A DNA stretch of 64,000 bases. Origin: Patescibacteria group bacterium (GTDB lineage: Bacteria > Patescibacteriota > Patescibacteriia > XYB2-FULL-38-15). The stretch's first letter is position 1; every line of letters starts with the position of its first letter. Where the stretch lies: positions 10,556-74,555 of the forward strand of contig JBGSRW010000007.1 in the NCBI GenBank assembly GCA_041737355.1, given 5' to 3'. Both the position numbers and the translations under genes were made by a program. The notes beneath the pieces were generated by a model. It was not told where the DNA came from, made no database searches, and saw nothing but the letters and a program-made list of their open reading frames with translations. Positions 19,452-29,400 of this stretch are shown here, in pieces.

Positions 19452-19480
19452 GGGGCGGGGTTTTCCCGCCCCATTTCTCG
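19452..19480 (+). terminator. GC-rich hairpin inside the pilin array (attenuator or partial terminator)
   Basis: 8 bp G/C stem GGGGCGGG-GTTTT-CCCGCCCC followed by ATTTCT (weak U tract), between pilin genes 5 and 6. Confidence 0.4.
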
Positions 19481-19493
19481 ATTGAACATCGGT

Positions 19494-19862
19494 ATGTTTC
19501 CAAACTTTAAAAAAATTTCTAAACTTTTTTACGGCTTAACACTGCTTGCAATCCTTGCTGCGCCGGCTTTTGTTTCGGCTGTGGATACCGGCCTTGAAAA
19601 TTCGGCTGGGGCGGCCGGCATTGAAAAATTTGATATTGCCACGAAGATCGGAGATATCGTCTCAACCGTTCTGGGTTTTGTCGGGGTTCTCTTTCTAATT
19701 TTAATGATCTATGGCGGCCTTATGTGGATGACGGCCGGCGGAAAAGAAGAACAGCTGGGTAAGGCTAAAAAAACTATCACTGCCGCCGTAGTCGGAATTA
19801 TTATCGTCTTTTCCGCTTACGCCATAACTTTTTTCGTCACCGAAACTTTACTCGGAAGATGA
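19494..19862 (+). CDS. pilin-like protein 6
   Basis: Start placed at the ATG after the hairpin (MFPNFKK...). Module 'IGDIVSTVLGFVGVLFLILMIYGGLMWMTAGGKEEQLGKAKKTITAAVVGIIIVFSAYAITFF'. Confidence 0.5.
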   Translation: MFPNFKKISKLFYGLTLLAILAAPAFVSAVDTGLENSAGAAGIEKFDIATKIGDIVSTVLGFVGVLFLILMIYGGLMWMTAGGKEEQLGKAKKTITAAVVGIIIVFSAYAITFFVTETLLGR

Positions 19863-20683
19863 AACTCCAATATAAAATTTTAAGTTTTTTTCTTTTAACC
19901 CTGGCGGGTTTTTTGTTTCTCAACACCGACTTCGCCGCGGCGGGAAGATGCGAATGCTGTTATAGCAGGATTGGGGAAGCCGCTACCGAATCCGCCTGCT
20001 CGTCAATGTGCCGTGATTTCGGGGACTGGAAATATTTCGCGAGCGGTGATCCCGCGACTACCGGCCGAACAAACTCGACCGCCTGCCTGCCTCCCGAAGG
20101 AATGTGTTTTTGCTGCTGGGCAGACGCGCCAGAATCAGGAACGATGCTCCAGGCGGCCTGTATCGGCGCCTGCACTGACAAAGGCAGCGTGAAATCTTTT
20201 CGCTCAACTGTTACTTCTCTTAATTTAACCCGCGATTGCCTGCCCCGCCCAGTAGACGCCATTGGCTGCACCGGCGACGCCGATTGCCCGACCGGGCAAG
20301 TGTGCGGCGACATAGAAGACGGCGTGGGTTTTTGTTCGTCTCCATCTGAACCAACCTCCGGGGAAACTTCTAATCCGGAACTCGATGCGCCGACCGGAGT
20401 TTTAAGCGGCGGCCTGCAAAAAGCCGCGGGCAAAGCCGGGTTCCAATCTACTTCGGTAGAAAATATCGTAAGTAACATTGTTTATGTAATTCTAAGTTTT
20501 GTTGGTGTAATCTTTTTGGCACTGACAATTTATGCGGGTTTTATTTGGATGACCGCCGGCGGCAATACGGAAGATGTGGAAAAAGCCAAAAAAATCCTTG
20601 AACGGGCCGCTGTTGGTCTCGTCGTCGTCCTTGCCGCTTACGCAATTACCTATTTTGTAACCACCCAAATTATCACTCCATAA
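19859..20683 (+). CDS. pilin-like protein 7 with Cys-rich N-terminal ectodomain
   Basis: ATGA start/stop overlap with gene 6. About 150 aa with 22 Cys ('RCECCYS', 'CFCCW', 'CTGDADCPTGQVCG'). Module 'IVSNIVYVILSFVGVIFLALTIYAGFIWMTAGGNTEDVEKAKKILERAAVGLVVVLAAYAITYF'. Confidence 0.55.
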   Translation: MKLQYKILSFFLLTLAGFLFLNTDFAAAGRCECCYSRIGEAATESACSSMCRDFGDWKYFASGDPATTGRTNSTACLPPEGMCFCCWADAPESGTMLQAACIGACTDKGSVKSFRSTVTSLNLTRDCLPRPVDAIGCTGDADCPTGQVCGDIEDGVGFCSSPSEPTSGETSNPELDAPTGVLSGGLQKAAGKAGFQSTSVENIVSNIVYVILSFVGVIFLALTIYAGFIWMTAGGNTEDVEKAKKILERAAVGLVVVLAAYAITYFVTTQIITP

Positions 20684-20704
20684 AATATCTAAAATAACAA
20701 ATCT

Positions 20705-21139
20705 ATGAAGTCACTCCAAAAAATTTTTATCATCTCTTGCCTAATGTGTTCCCTGGCCGCCTTATCCCTGCCTTTGCTTTCTTCGGCAGCCGGAACGGAT
20801 GACGCACTGGAAAAATTAAAAACCGTCGGCGGAGCGGCTTATGGAACGGAGGAACCGCGGAGTCTCCCTGAAATTGCGGGAAGCGTTATAAAAACAGTCC
20901 TTACTATTCTCGGCGTCCTTGCGGCCCTTTTGATTATTTACAGCGGCTATGTTTGGATGACAGCCCGCGGCAAGGAAGAAAGAGTAACCAAGGCAAAGGA
21001 CACTTTGGAGGCGGCAATTATCGGTCTGATTATTATTATGGCCGCCTACGCGATTACCTATTTCGTGGTTAACGCCATCTCGGGCGCCACGGGGGGTGCT
21101 CCTTCGGGATCTACCACCCCTCCACCCACTACTCCGTAA
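20705..21139 (+). CDS. pilin-like protein 8, Thr/Pro tail
   Basis: Module 'IAGSVIKTVLTILGVLAALLIIYSGYVWMTARGKEERVTKAKDTLEAAIIGLIIIMAAYAITYF'. Tail 'GGAPSGSTTPPPTTP'. Confidence 0.55.
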   Translation: MKSLQKIFIISCLMCSLAALSLPLLSSAAGTDDALEKLKTVGGAAYGTEEPRSLPEIAGSVIKTVLTILGVLAALLIIYSGYVWMTARGKEERVTKAKDTLEAAIIGLIIIMAAYAITYFVVNAISGATGGAPSGSTTPPPTTP

Positions 21140-21163
21140 GCTTTCTAAACCTAATTTAAAAAT

Positions 21164-21580
21164 ATGTCCCTAACACCAAAAAAAATATTCTCATTTTTTC
21201 TCCTTGCTGCTCTTTGTTTCTCTGTTCTTACCATTTTTTCCCCGGCAACAACTTTTGCCCAGATCAATGAATTAAAAAATTTTGGCAACGAGGCCTACGG
21301 AAACTCCTCGGCCACCTACCAAGAACAAGGTCCGGTCTTCATCGCCGGAAAAATTATCAACGCGGCTCTTGGGGTTGTTGGCATTATCATGGTTATTCTT
21401 TTTATTTACGGCGGCTATGTTTGGATGACAGCTGGCGGCAATGAAGAAAAGGTTAAAAAGGCAACGCAAATTCTTTCCCGAGCGGTTATTGGCCTGATTA
21501 TTATCTTATTGGCCTATAGCATTTCCTACTTTGTTATGCAGCAGCTCTTAAGGTCAACCGGAGCGCCGATGGTGCCATAA
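21164..21580 (+). CDS. pilin-like protein 9
   Basis: Module 'IAGKIINAALGVVGIIMVILFIYGGYVWMTAGGNEEKVKKATQILSRAVIGLIIILLAYSISYF'. Confidence 0.55.
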   Translation: MSLTPKKIFSFFLLAALCFSVLTIFSPATTFAQINELKNFGNEAYGNSSATYQEQGPVFIAGKIINAALGVVGIIMVILFIYGGYVWMTAGGNEEKVKKATQILSRAVIGLIIILLAYSISYFVMQQLLRSTGAPMVP

Positions 21581-21604
21581 ATTTTTAAAAAATATTTTTC
21601 TCAA

Positions 21605-21638
21605 AATCCTCTCGAAGAAACGAGAGGATTTTTAATTT
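21605..21638 (+). terminator. rho-independent terminator closing the pilin-like array
   Basis: Perfect 10 bp stem AATCCTCTCG-AAGAAA-CGAGAGGATT followed by TTTAATTT. Confidence 0.65.
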
Positions 21639-21697
21639 AAAAAAAGTGGGCGCCCAAGCTTTCGCTTAAGCGCCCGTCTCCCTGAGTCCCGACCGGC

Positions 21698-22195
21698 CTA
21701 GTAGTGGCCGATCTGAACCCTTTGTTCCTCCCAGCCGGCGCAGAAGGTCGCCTCGCGACCACTACGCACTACCGGACGGGAAAAATCCGGTGGCAAATAC
21801 CCTTCGAACTCGAAGTGGTGCTGTTCGCACCCCGAGTCGAGGTCCGTCTCGTCGAGCGCGGTGTAGAAAACCGCGTCCTGACCCGGCGGGATCAGCGGCA
21901 GGCCGACCGTCTGGTCGGTAAAGCTGATGTCCGCCCCATCCATGCGGACACGGATGTACCAATCCGTGCCGTTGGCGAGACGGACCATGTGCGGTCCTCT
22001 CCAGGCCCCGGGGTAGCCGTGGCCGTTCACGAAGGCCAGGTCGCCCGGAGGCGGCGGCGGAACGAAGTAACCGCCGCCGTAGCCCGCCATCGTGCCATAG
22101 GCCGACGGCGGAATGTAGCTCGGTGGCTGGCTGTAGCCGCCGAAGAGTCCGCAGCCGAAAGTCAAGAACATCGCCAGCGTCAGTGCGTACCTCAT
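21698..22195 (-). CDS. GC-rich putative lipoprotein (Gly/Pro/Tyr-rich)
   Basis: Start placed at the second Met (MRYALTLAMFLTFGCGLFGG), which is preceded by GGAGGAG and shares the FGCGL signal with the 8399 gene. About 63% GC. Overlaps the upstream gene by ATGA. Confidence 0.5.
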   Translation of the reverse strand: MRYALTLAMFLTFGCGLFGGYSQPPSYIPPSAYGTMAGYGGGYFVPPPPPGDLAFVNGHGYPGAWRGPHMVRLANGTDWYIRVRMDGADISFTDQTVGLPLIPPGQDAVFYTALDETDLDSGCEQHHFEFEGYLPPDFSRPVVRSGREATFCAGWEEQRVQIGHY

Positions 22196-22575
22196 CGTTG
22201 CTCCTCCTCGATGTGTTCGCTGCACATTTCCGTGAGCTCCTGCACGTCTCTTTCGAGGCCGGTTGCCCGCGTTTCGAGTGCCGGCGATGGGCCGTACGAC
22301 GACGGGTAGTAGTAGGACGGATCAACCCGCCCATACCCGCCATAACCGTAGCCGCGATAGCCCAGGAAAAGCTCGGGATGAGCTTCCATGGCCCGCGCCT
22401 CGGCCCGCACCCGGTCGGCCTGAGCCGACGTAAGGTCGGCCTGAGCCGCCTCCATGGGCGAAGGGCCCATGAAACCGCTGGCCGAGTACTCTACACCCTG
22501 GCTCCGGAGCCCCATTGAGGCACCGAAGCACCCGGACACCGCGAAAACCGCGAGAACAGCAAAGAAAAACCTCAT
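22192..22575 (-). CDS. GC-rich putative lipoprotein (Gly/Tyr-rich)
   Basis: Start at MRFFFAVLAVFAVSGC (lipobox-like), preceded by GGAGGAG. 'GYRGYGYGGYG' and 'YYYPSSYGPSP' low-complexity stretches. About 62% GC. Confidence 0.5.
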   Translation of the reverse strand: MRFFFAVLAVFAVSGCFGASMGLRSQGVEYSASGFMGPSPMEAAQADLTSAQADRVRAEARAMEAHPELFLGYRGYGYGGYGRVDPSYYYPSSYGPSPALETRATGLERDVQELTEMCSEHIEEEQR

Positions 22576-22795
22576 TTTCTCCTCCTCTAGGGTCACTGAC
22601 CCTTGTTTTAGAAAGAAAAAGAACCTTCCGTACCCCCATTAAGAGGCAGGACATTTTACTTTAACATAAAATCGTATTTTCGTCAAGAGGCAAAGAATCT
22701 TTATTTTTAGCCAAAAAAGAATGGTTTCCTAGCGTTTTTCCCTGTCTTGACCCGGCCTTTTGTGGATAAATTGTTTATAACCCCGGAAAAATCGC

Positions 22796-22824
22796 TTGAC
22801 AGCCTTAAAATACCCTGCTAAATT
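22796..22824 (+). promoter_or_regulatory. candidate sigma70-type promoter upstream of rpoB
   Basis: TTGACA, 17 nt spacer, TAAATT. Implies a 5' leader of about 260 nt before the rpoB ATG. Confidence 0.4.
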
Positions 22825-23095
22825 AAAGATAATAACATAAGTCCTCCACTTTACTTGTTGTAAAATTACGCAAGGAACACCCAGGCGAAACGTCCTGGAA
22901 GTTCACAAAAAGTGAAGGATAAGACTGCCAAAGTCCCTCAATACTGTGGGACGCAAATATTAAATGCATACAAGGCAGCTGGAAAAAATTGATTTTCTTC
23001 ATTAAGCCCCTCTCCCGAAAGAGGAGGGAGGTGCTTTTGTGTTCCTTTGGTAAAGATTAAGAATAAATAAAATATAAAATAATTTTAAAATAACT

Positions 23096-26000
23096 ATGTC
23101 TCCCAAAGCCGCAACGCGCAAACTTTTTACCAACTTGCATGAAGCCATTCCCCTCCCCGACCTCATTGAACTGCAAAAAAAATCCTATGAATGGTTTTTT
23201 AAAAAAGGCCTGTCCGAACTTTTTGAAGAAGTTTCTCCGATCAAGGATATTATGGGCCGCGACCTCGAGCTTTCTTTTCTGAATTATTATCTTGATGAGC
23301 CAAAATTTGACGAGATAACAAGCAAGGCCAAAAATATCAATTTTGAAGCGCCTCTCCGGGTAAAAGCCAGCTTGGCCAACCGAAAAAGCGGCGAACTCAA
23401 AGAGCAGGAAATTTACTTGGGCGATATGCCTCTTATGACCGACCGGGGAACTTTTATTATTAACGGCATTGAACGCGCCGTCGTTTCGCAATTAGTCCGA
23501 TCCGCCGGCGTCTTTTTTACTTCGGAAACCAATCACGGAAAAAGATTCTATGGTGCAAAAATCATTCCGAACCGCGGCGCCTGGCTTGAACTAGAGACGG
23601 ACCAGACCGGAGTAATTTGGGTAAAAATCGACCGCAAAAGAAAAGTCGCCATTACATCGTTGCTCCGGGCTTTTGGTTACGGCATCGACGAAGAAATTAT
23701 TTCCCTTTTCAAAGATGTTGATACTCATCCGGAAACCAGTTATATAAAAAATACCCTGGAAAAAGATATTGCTCATTCGGAAGAAGAAGGTTTAAAAGAG
23801 GTTTATAAAAGAATCAGGCCGGGAGATCTGGCTACTCCGGACAATGCCCGCTCGTTGATCTATGCCATGTTTTTCCGATTTGACCGCTATGACTTCAGCA
23901 TGGTCGGCCGGTATAAATTCAACCAACGTTTCGGCATCAAGGAAGAAGCGAAAGACACAAAAGAAAACAGAATTTTCCACCGCGAAGATCTGGTTACAAT
24001 TATCAAGGAAATTATCAGATTAAATATTACTCAGGATCCGGCCGACGATATTGATCATCTTGGCAACCGCCGCATCAGAGCCGTCGGCGAGTTGGTCCAG
24101 AACCGTTTCAGAATCGGTCTCGCCCGCATGGAACGCATTGTCAAAGACCGGATGAGTACGATCGATGTTACCGCCCTTACCCCGAACAAACTTATAAACG
24201 CCAAACCGGTCATCGGCGCGGTCAAAGAATTTTTCATGTCCTCGCAGCTCTCCCAGTTCATGGACCAGACCAACCCTTTGGCCGAGCTCGAACATAAAAG
24301 ACGTCTTTCCTCTATGGGGCCTGGCGGCCTTTCCCGCGAACGGGCCGGCTTCGAAGTCCGCGACGTCCATCCGACCCACTACAGCCGCATCTGTCCTATT
24401 GCTACTCCGGAAGGCCCGAACATCGGCTTGGTCGGCCATCTCTCGTCCTATGCCAGAGTAAATGAATACGGTTTTATTGAAGCGCCATACAGGAAAATAA
24501 TCCGCGAAGTTCCGAACGACGGAAAGTCGGCAGTCGGAGAAATTTTGCGTGAAGATGTTGAAACATCCAAGGGAAAATTTTCCGGCGGAGAAAAAATTAC
24601 TGCCGCCGTTGCTTCTTCTCTGTCGCATGACAAAAATATAAAAACCGTGCTCCTCCGTCCCCGCGTAACCAACGATGTCGTTTATCTTAACGCCTTTGCG
24701 GAAGAAAAATCCGTTACCACCCCGGCTACAACCCCGATCGACGAAAACGGATATTTTCTGGTTGAAAAAATCGGCGTTAGAAAATACGGAAACCCAAGCG
24801 TTGATTATGTCTGGAACATTGATTACATGGATGTTTCTCCGAAACAAATTGTCAGTATCGGTACCGCCCTTATTCCTTTCCTGGAACACGACGACGCTAT
24901 CCGGGCGCTCATGGGAACCAACATGCAACGGCAGGCAGTACCGGTTATTAACCCCCAGTCACCAATCGTCGGAACCGGCGTTGAAGGCAGAGCCGCCAAA
25001 GATTCAGGCCATCTGAAAATCGCCGAAGGCGCGGGCAAAATAGTCGAGGTTGAGGGCGATAAGGTTCACGTCATGGAAAAAAATGATAAATTCAAAATTT
25101 ATCGGCTGAACAAGTTTGCCAGATCTAACGCGTCAACCTGTATCAACCAACGGCCAATCGTAGAAAAAGGACAGACGATAGAAAAGGGCGATGTCCTGGC
25201 AGACGGTCCGGCGACCGAGGGCGGCGAATTGGCCTTGGGGCAAAACATGCTTGTCGCTTTCATGGCGTGGGAAGGATACAACTATGAAGACGCCGTCATT
25301 ATCTCGGAAAAAGTTGTACGCGACGACCGCTTTACTTCAATCCATATTGAAAACTACCAAATTGATGTCCGCGATACGAAACTAGGCCCGGAGGTTGTAA
25401 CTAACGATATTCCGAACGTCAGCGAGGAAAAACTAAAAAATTTAGACGAAAATGGAATTATAAGAATCGGCGCCAAGGTTTCTTCCGGAGATATTTTAGT
25501 TGGTAAAATTACCCCAAAAGGAGAAACCGAACTTTCCGCCGAAGAAAAATTGCTTCGGGCTATTTTCGGCGAGAAAGCAAGAGATGTTCGCGACACATCT
25601 CTCTATCTGGAGCACGGCGAACACGGCAAGGTTGTTGATATAAAAACCTTTTCCCAGGAAACCGGAGACAAGCTGCCCCCGGGAGTTATAAAATCAATCC
25701 AGGTTTCGGTCGCCGATCTCCGCAAACTTCAAGTCGGAGACAAACTCGCTGGCCGGCATGGGAACAAGGGCGTTGTTTCAAAAATCGTTCCGATTGAAGA
25801 TATGCCTTTCATGCCGGACGGAACACCGATTGACGTTATACTTTCCCCTCTCGGCGTGGTTTCCCGTATGAACATCGGACAAATTCTTGAGACACACCTT
25901 GGCATGGCTGCAAAAATTTTAGGTTATAAAGTTATGACTCCGGTCCTTGCCGGCATAGAAGAACAAACCATCAAGGAAGAGCTCGAAAAAGCTGGTTTTC

Positions 26001-26461
26001 CGGGAGACGGAAAAATTCTTCTTCAAGACGGTAAAACCGGTGAATCTTTTGACCACAAAACCACAGTTGGCCAGATTTACATATTGAAATTAAATCATAT
26101 GGTCGAAGACAAGATTCACCAAAGATCGATTGGCCCGTACTCGCTTATCACCCAGCAACCGCTGGGCGGCAAAGCCCAGTTCGGCGGCCAACGGTTTGGA
26201 GAGATGGAAGTTTGGGCCCTTGAAGGATATGGCGCCGCGCACACCCTTCAGGAAATTCTGACCATTAAATCCGACGATGTGCCCGGACGATCAAAAGCTT
26301 ACGAATCGATTGTGAAGGGAGAAACAATTAAAAATCTCAATATCCCGGAATCGTTTAATGTTTTGGTCCGAGAACTTAAGGGGCTTTGCCTTGACGTAGA
26401 ACTCTTGCGGACTAAGGGGGGCTCGGAAGAACCAGTCCCGGGAAAGGAAGAGAATAAATAA
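23096..26461 (+). CDS. rpoB: DNA-directed RNA polymerase subunit beta
   Basis: 1121 aa with hallmark rpoB blocks ('[15 protein letters not shown]', '[11 protein letters not shown]'). Confidence 0.97.
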   Translation: MSPKAATRKLFTNLHEAIPLPDLIELQKKSYEWFFKKGLSELFEEVSPIKDIMGRDLELSFLNYYLDEPKFDEITSKAKNINFEAPLRVKASLANRKSGELKEQEIYLGDMPLMTDRGTFIINGIERAVVSQLVRSAGVFFTSETNHGKRFYGAKIIPNRGAWLELETDQTGVIWVKIDRKRKVAITSLLRAFGYGIDEEIISLFKDVDTHPETSYIKNTLEKDIAHSEEEGLKEVYKRIRPGDLATPDNARSLIYAMFFRFDRYDFSMVGRYKFNQRFGIKEEAKDTKENRIFHREDLVTIIKEIIRLNITQDPADDIDHLGNRRIRAVGELVQNRFRIGLARMERIVKDRMSTIDVTALTPNKLINAKPVIGAVKEFFMSSQLSQFMDQTNPLAELEHKRRLSSMGPGGLSRERAGFEVRDVHPTHYSRICPIATPEGPNIGLVGHLSSYARVNEYGFIEAPYRKIIREVPNDGKSAVGEILREDVETSKGKFSGGEKITAAVASSLSHDKNIKTVLLRPRVTNDVVYLNAFAEEKSVTTPATTPIDENGYFLVEKIGVRKYGNPSVDYVWNIDYMDVSPKQIVSIGTALIPFLEHDDAIRALMGTNMQRQAVPVINPQSPIVGTGVEGRAAKDSGHLKIAEGAGKIVEVEGDKVHVMEKNDKFKIYRLNKFARSNASTCINQRPIVEKGQTIEKGDVLADGPATEGGELALGQNMLVAFMAWEGYNYEDAVIISEKVVRDDRFTSIHIENYQIDVRDTKLGPEVVTNDIPNVSEEKLKNLDENGIIRIGAKVSSGDILVGKITPKGETELSAEEKLLRAIFGEKARDVRDTSLYLEHGEHGKVVDIKTFSQETGDKLPPGVIKSIQVSVADLRKLQVGDKLAGRHGNKGVVSKIVPIEDMPFMPDGTPIDVILSPLGVVSRMNIGQILETHLGMAAKILGYKVMTPVLAGIEEQTIKEELEKAGFPGDGKILLQDGKTGESFDHKTTVGQIYILKLNHMVEDKIHQRSIGPYSLITQQPLGGKAQFGGQRFGEMEVWALEGYGAAHTLQEILTIKSDDVPGRSKAYESIVKGETIKNLNIPESFNVLVRELKGLCLDVELLRTKGGSEEPVPGKEENK

Positions 26462-26484
26462 TTTTTAATAAGATATTTCCATAT

Positions 26485-29400
26485 ATGACATACACTCCTC
26501 CCAAGCCAATCGAATTCGACGCCATTAAACTCAAGCTCGCCTCGCCGGAAGAAATCCGCGCCTGGTCGTATGGCGAAGTTACCAAGCCGGAAACCATTAA
26601 TTACCGAACCCAAAAACCTGAAAAGGATGGTTTGTTTTCGGAAAAAATATTCGGCCCGACCAGAGATTGGGAATGCTATTGCGGCAAATATAAAAAAATC
26701 CGCTATAAGGGGATTATTTGCGACAAGTGCGGCGTTGAAGTGACGCACTCCCTCGTGCGCCGGGAAAGAATGGGTCACATAGAACTCGCTGTCCCGATTT
26801 CCCACATTTGGTTTTTACGGGGAGTCCCCTCGAAGATAGGGCTGATACTTGATCTATCCGTGCAAAATCTGGAAAAAGTTATTTACTTCGCCAATTTCAT
26901 CATCACGGAAGTAAAGGAGGAAATGAAAGAAACCGTTCTCGCCAACTTGCGGCAAGAATTTAAAAATAAGAAAAAAAATATTGCCTCCGAAGCGGAAAGA
27001 CAGGTTTCCCAGTTGCGCAATCAAAAAAATGAAAACAGCAACGCCGATAAGATTGAAACCCGCGTTGTCCAGATGACTTTGGACCGCGACGATCAGCTCC
27101 AAGAACTGGAACAGGAGTTCGCTTTGGCCGAAAAAGAATTGAAGGAACTGAAACCTCTAAAAATTATTTCCGAGATGACTTACCACGATCTCTCGTTGAA
27201 GTATGGCCATCTTTTCGAGGCCGGCATCGGGGCCGAGGCCATCAGGATGCTCCTCGGAAAAATAGATTCGGAAAAAATTATCAAAGATCTCGAGGCGGAA
27301 CTTTTAGCCGCCGTCGGCCTCAAAAAAGACAAGTTAATCAGGCGCCTCAAATTATTTAAAAGTTTAAAAGTCAACAAAATAAAACCGGACTGGATGATTC
27401 TGAAAAACGTTCCGATCATTCCTCCAGACCTCCGGCCTATGGTACCGCTCGATGGCGGCCGTTTTGCTACTTCCGATCTAAACGACCTTTACCGCCGGGT
27501 TATCAACCGCAATAACCGCCTAAAAAGACTGATCGAATTGAACGCGCCTGAAGTTATTTGCCGCAATGAAAAAAGAATGCTCCAGGAGGCGGTTGACGCG
27601 TTAATCGATAACTCCGCCCGCCACAGTAAAACCGTAGTTGCCTCGACCGGTCAGAAGAGAATGCTAAAATCTATCGCCGATGTTTTGAAAGGAAAACAGG
27701 GCCGCTTCAGACAAAATCTTCTCGGTAAGAGAATCGACTACTCCGGCCGCTCGGTTATCGTTGTCGGCCCGAGCCTGAAACTTCATCAATGCGGTCTTCC
27801 GAAAAGAATGGCCCTGGAACTTTTTAAACCTTTTGTTATTCACCAATTAATCGGCCGGGAACTCGTCCATAATGTCCGCTCCGCCTCACGCTTTATAGAA
27901 TCAGGCCGTCCGGAAGTCTGGGATATTCTTGAAAATATAGTCAAAGATGCCTACGTCCTTTTAAACCGCGCTCCGACCTTGCACCGCCTCGGCATCCAGG
28001 CCTTCCAGCCGATTTTGATCGAAGGTAAGGCAATACAAATCCATCCGCTCGTCTGTACCGCCTTCAATGCTGATTTTGACGGTGACCAGATGGCCGTGCA
28101 CGTCCCGCTGACCGAAGGAGCAAAAGATGAGGCAAAAAATCTCATGCTCTCGACCCATAACTTATTAAAGCCGGCGACGGGAAACCCCATCTCCACCCCG
28201 AACAAGGACATCGCCTGGGGATGTTATTATATGACTTCCGAAGGGGAGGAAAAAGGACCTGTAAAATTTTTCTCTTCGCCAAAGGAAGCCTTCTTGGCTT
28301 ATCAGTTCGGTCTGATTGAGCTCCGCTCAAAAATAAAAGTAAAATGCGATAAGGATCTCGCGACGAAAGCGGCCAAAGAAATTTCTGAAAACAAAATGCT
28401 CGAAACAACAATCGGCCGCCTGGTTTTAAATCAAATCCTGCCTCCGAAAATCCCCTACATCAATGAGGTAACCAATGTTAAAAAGCTGGGTGAGGTAATA
28501 AAACTTTGTCTTGAGTTTTACGGCGAAGCAAAAACTGCCGAACTTCTTGACGAATTCAAGGCGACCGGCTTCAAATATTTGACGAAATCCGGCTACTCTT
28601 GGGGCATGAACGATCTTCCTCATCTCGGAAAAAGAGACAAGCTTATTGAACGCGGCGACGAAGAAGTTGAGACCATTCAGAAACAATTTGAGTCCGGTCT
28701 TCTGACCCAGAATGAGCACCACAATAAAATTATCAGCGTCTGGACTACGATTAAGGACGAAGTTATCAAATTAAGTAAAGAGAGTCTTGATAAAAAAGGC
28801 CCGGTTTTCACCATGATTGATTCCGGAGCCAGAGGTTCATGGGGCCAGGTTACCCAGATGATGGGTATGAAAGGTCTCGTGTCCAACCCGGCTGGTGAAA
28901 TTATCGAATTGCCGGTCAAGGGAAATTTTAAAGCCGGCTTCGATGTTTTGGAATATTTCATTTCTACGCACGGCACCAGAAAAGGTTTGTCCGATACCGC
29001 TCTCCGTACCGCAAATGCCGGTTACCTTACGAGACGCCTTGTCGATGTTGCCCAAGATGTTATCGTTACCGAGGAAGACTGCGGGGACACCGAAGGAGTC
29101 ACCTTCACGCTAGCGCAAAGCAAGGAGATGGGCGAAACCCTGCTTGCCAGAATCCTCGGAAGATTTTCTCTTGAGGATGTTTTGGACCCGAAAACAAAAA
29201 AACCCATTGTTAAAAAAGATGAACTGATCACTGAAGAAATTTCCAGAAAACTGGAAAAAATAAACCTGGAAACAATAAAAGTCAGATCAATTCTTTCTTG
29301 CCGACTAAAAAAAGGCGTCTGTCAAAAATGTTATGGTTATGATCTGGGGTACAACCGCCTCGTAGCCATCGGCTCACCGGTCGGAGTTGTCGCCGCCCAA

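Noticed and set aside
21704-22654. Multiple overlapping ORFs in both directions in the GC-rich block (201, 193, 131 and 110 aa)
   Set aside because: Only the two minus-strand frames have Shine-Dalgarno sites, signal peptides and protein-like composition. The others are Arg/Ala-rich shadow frames.
22761-22769. Perfect DnaA box upstream of rpoB as evidence for a second origin
   Set aside because: A single 9-mer is expected about 0.5 times by chance in 64 kb on two strands, and it lacks an adjacent AT-rich DUE or box cluster. It is kept only as a note under the rpoB leader finding.
24020-24928. 302 aa antisense ORF inside rpoB, and similar antisense ORFs inside rpoC, typA, smc and the pilin genes
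   Set aside because: They lie entirely within well-supported conserved genes on the opposite strand and have no independent evidence.
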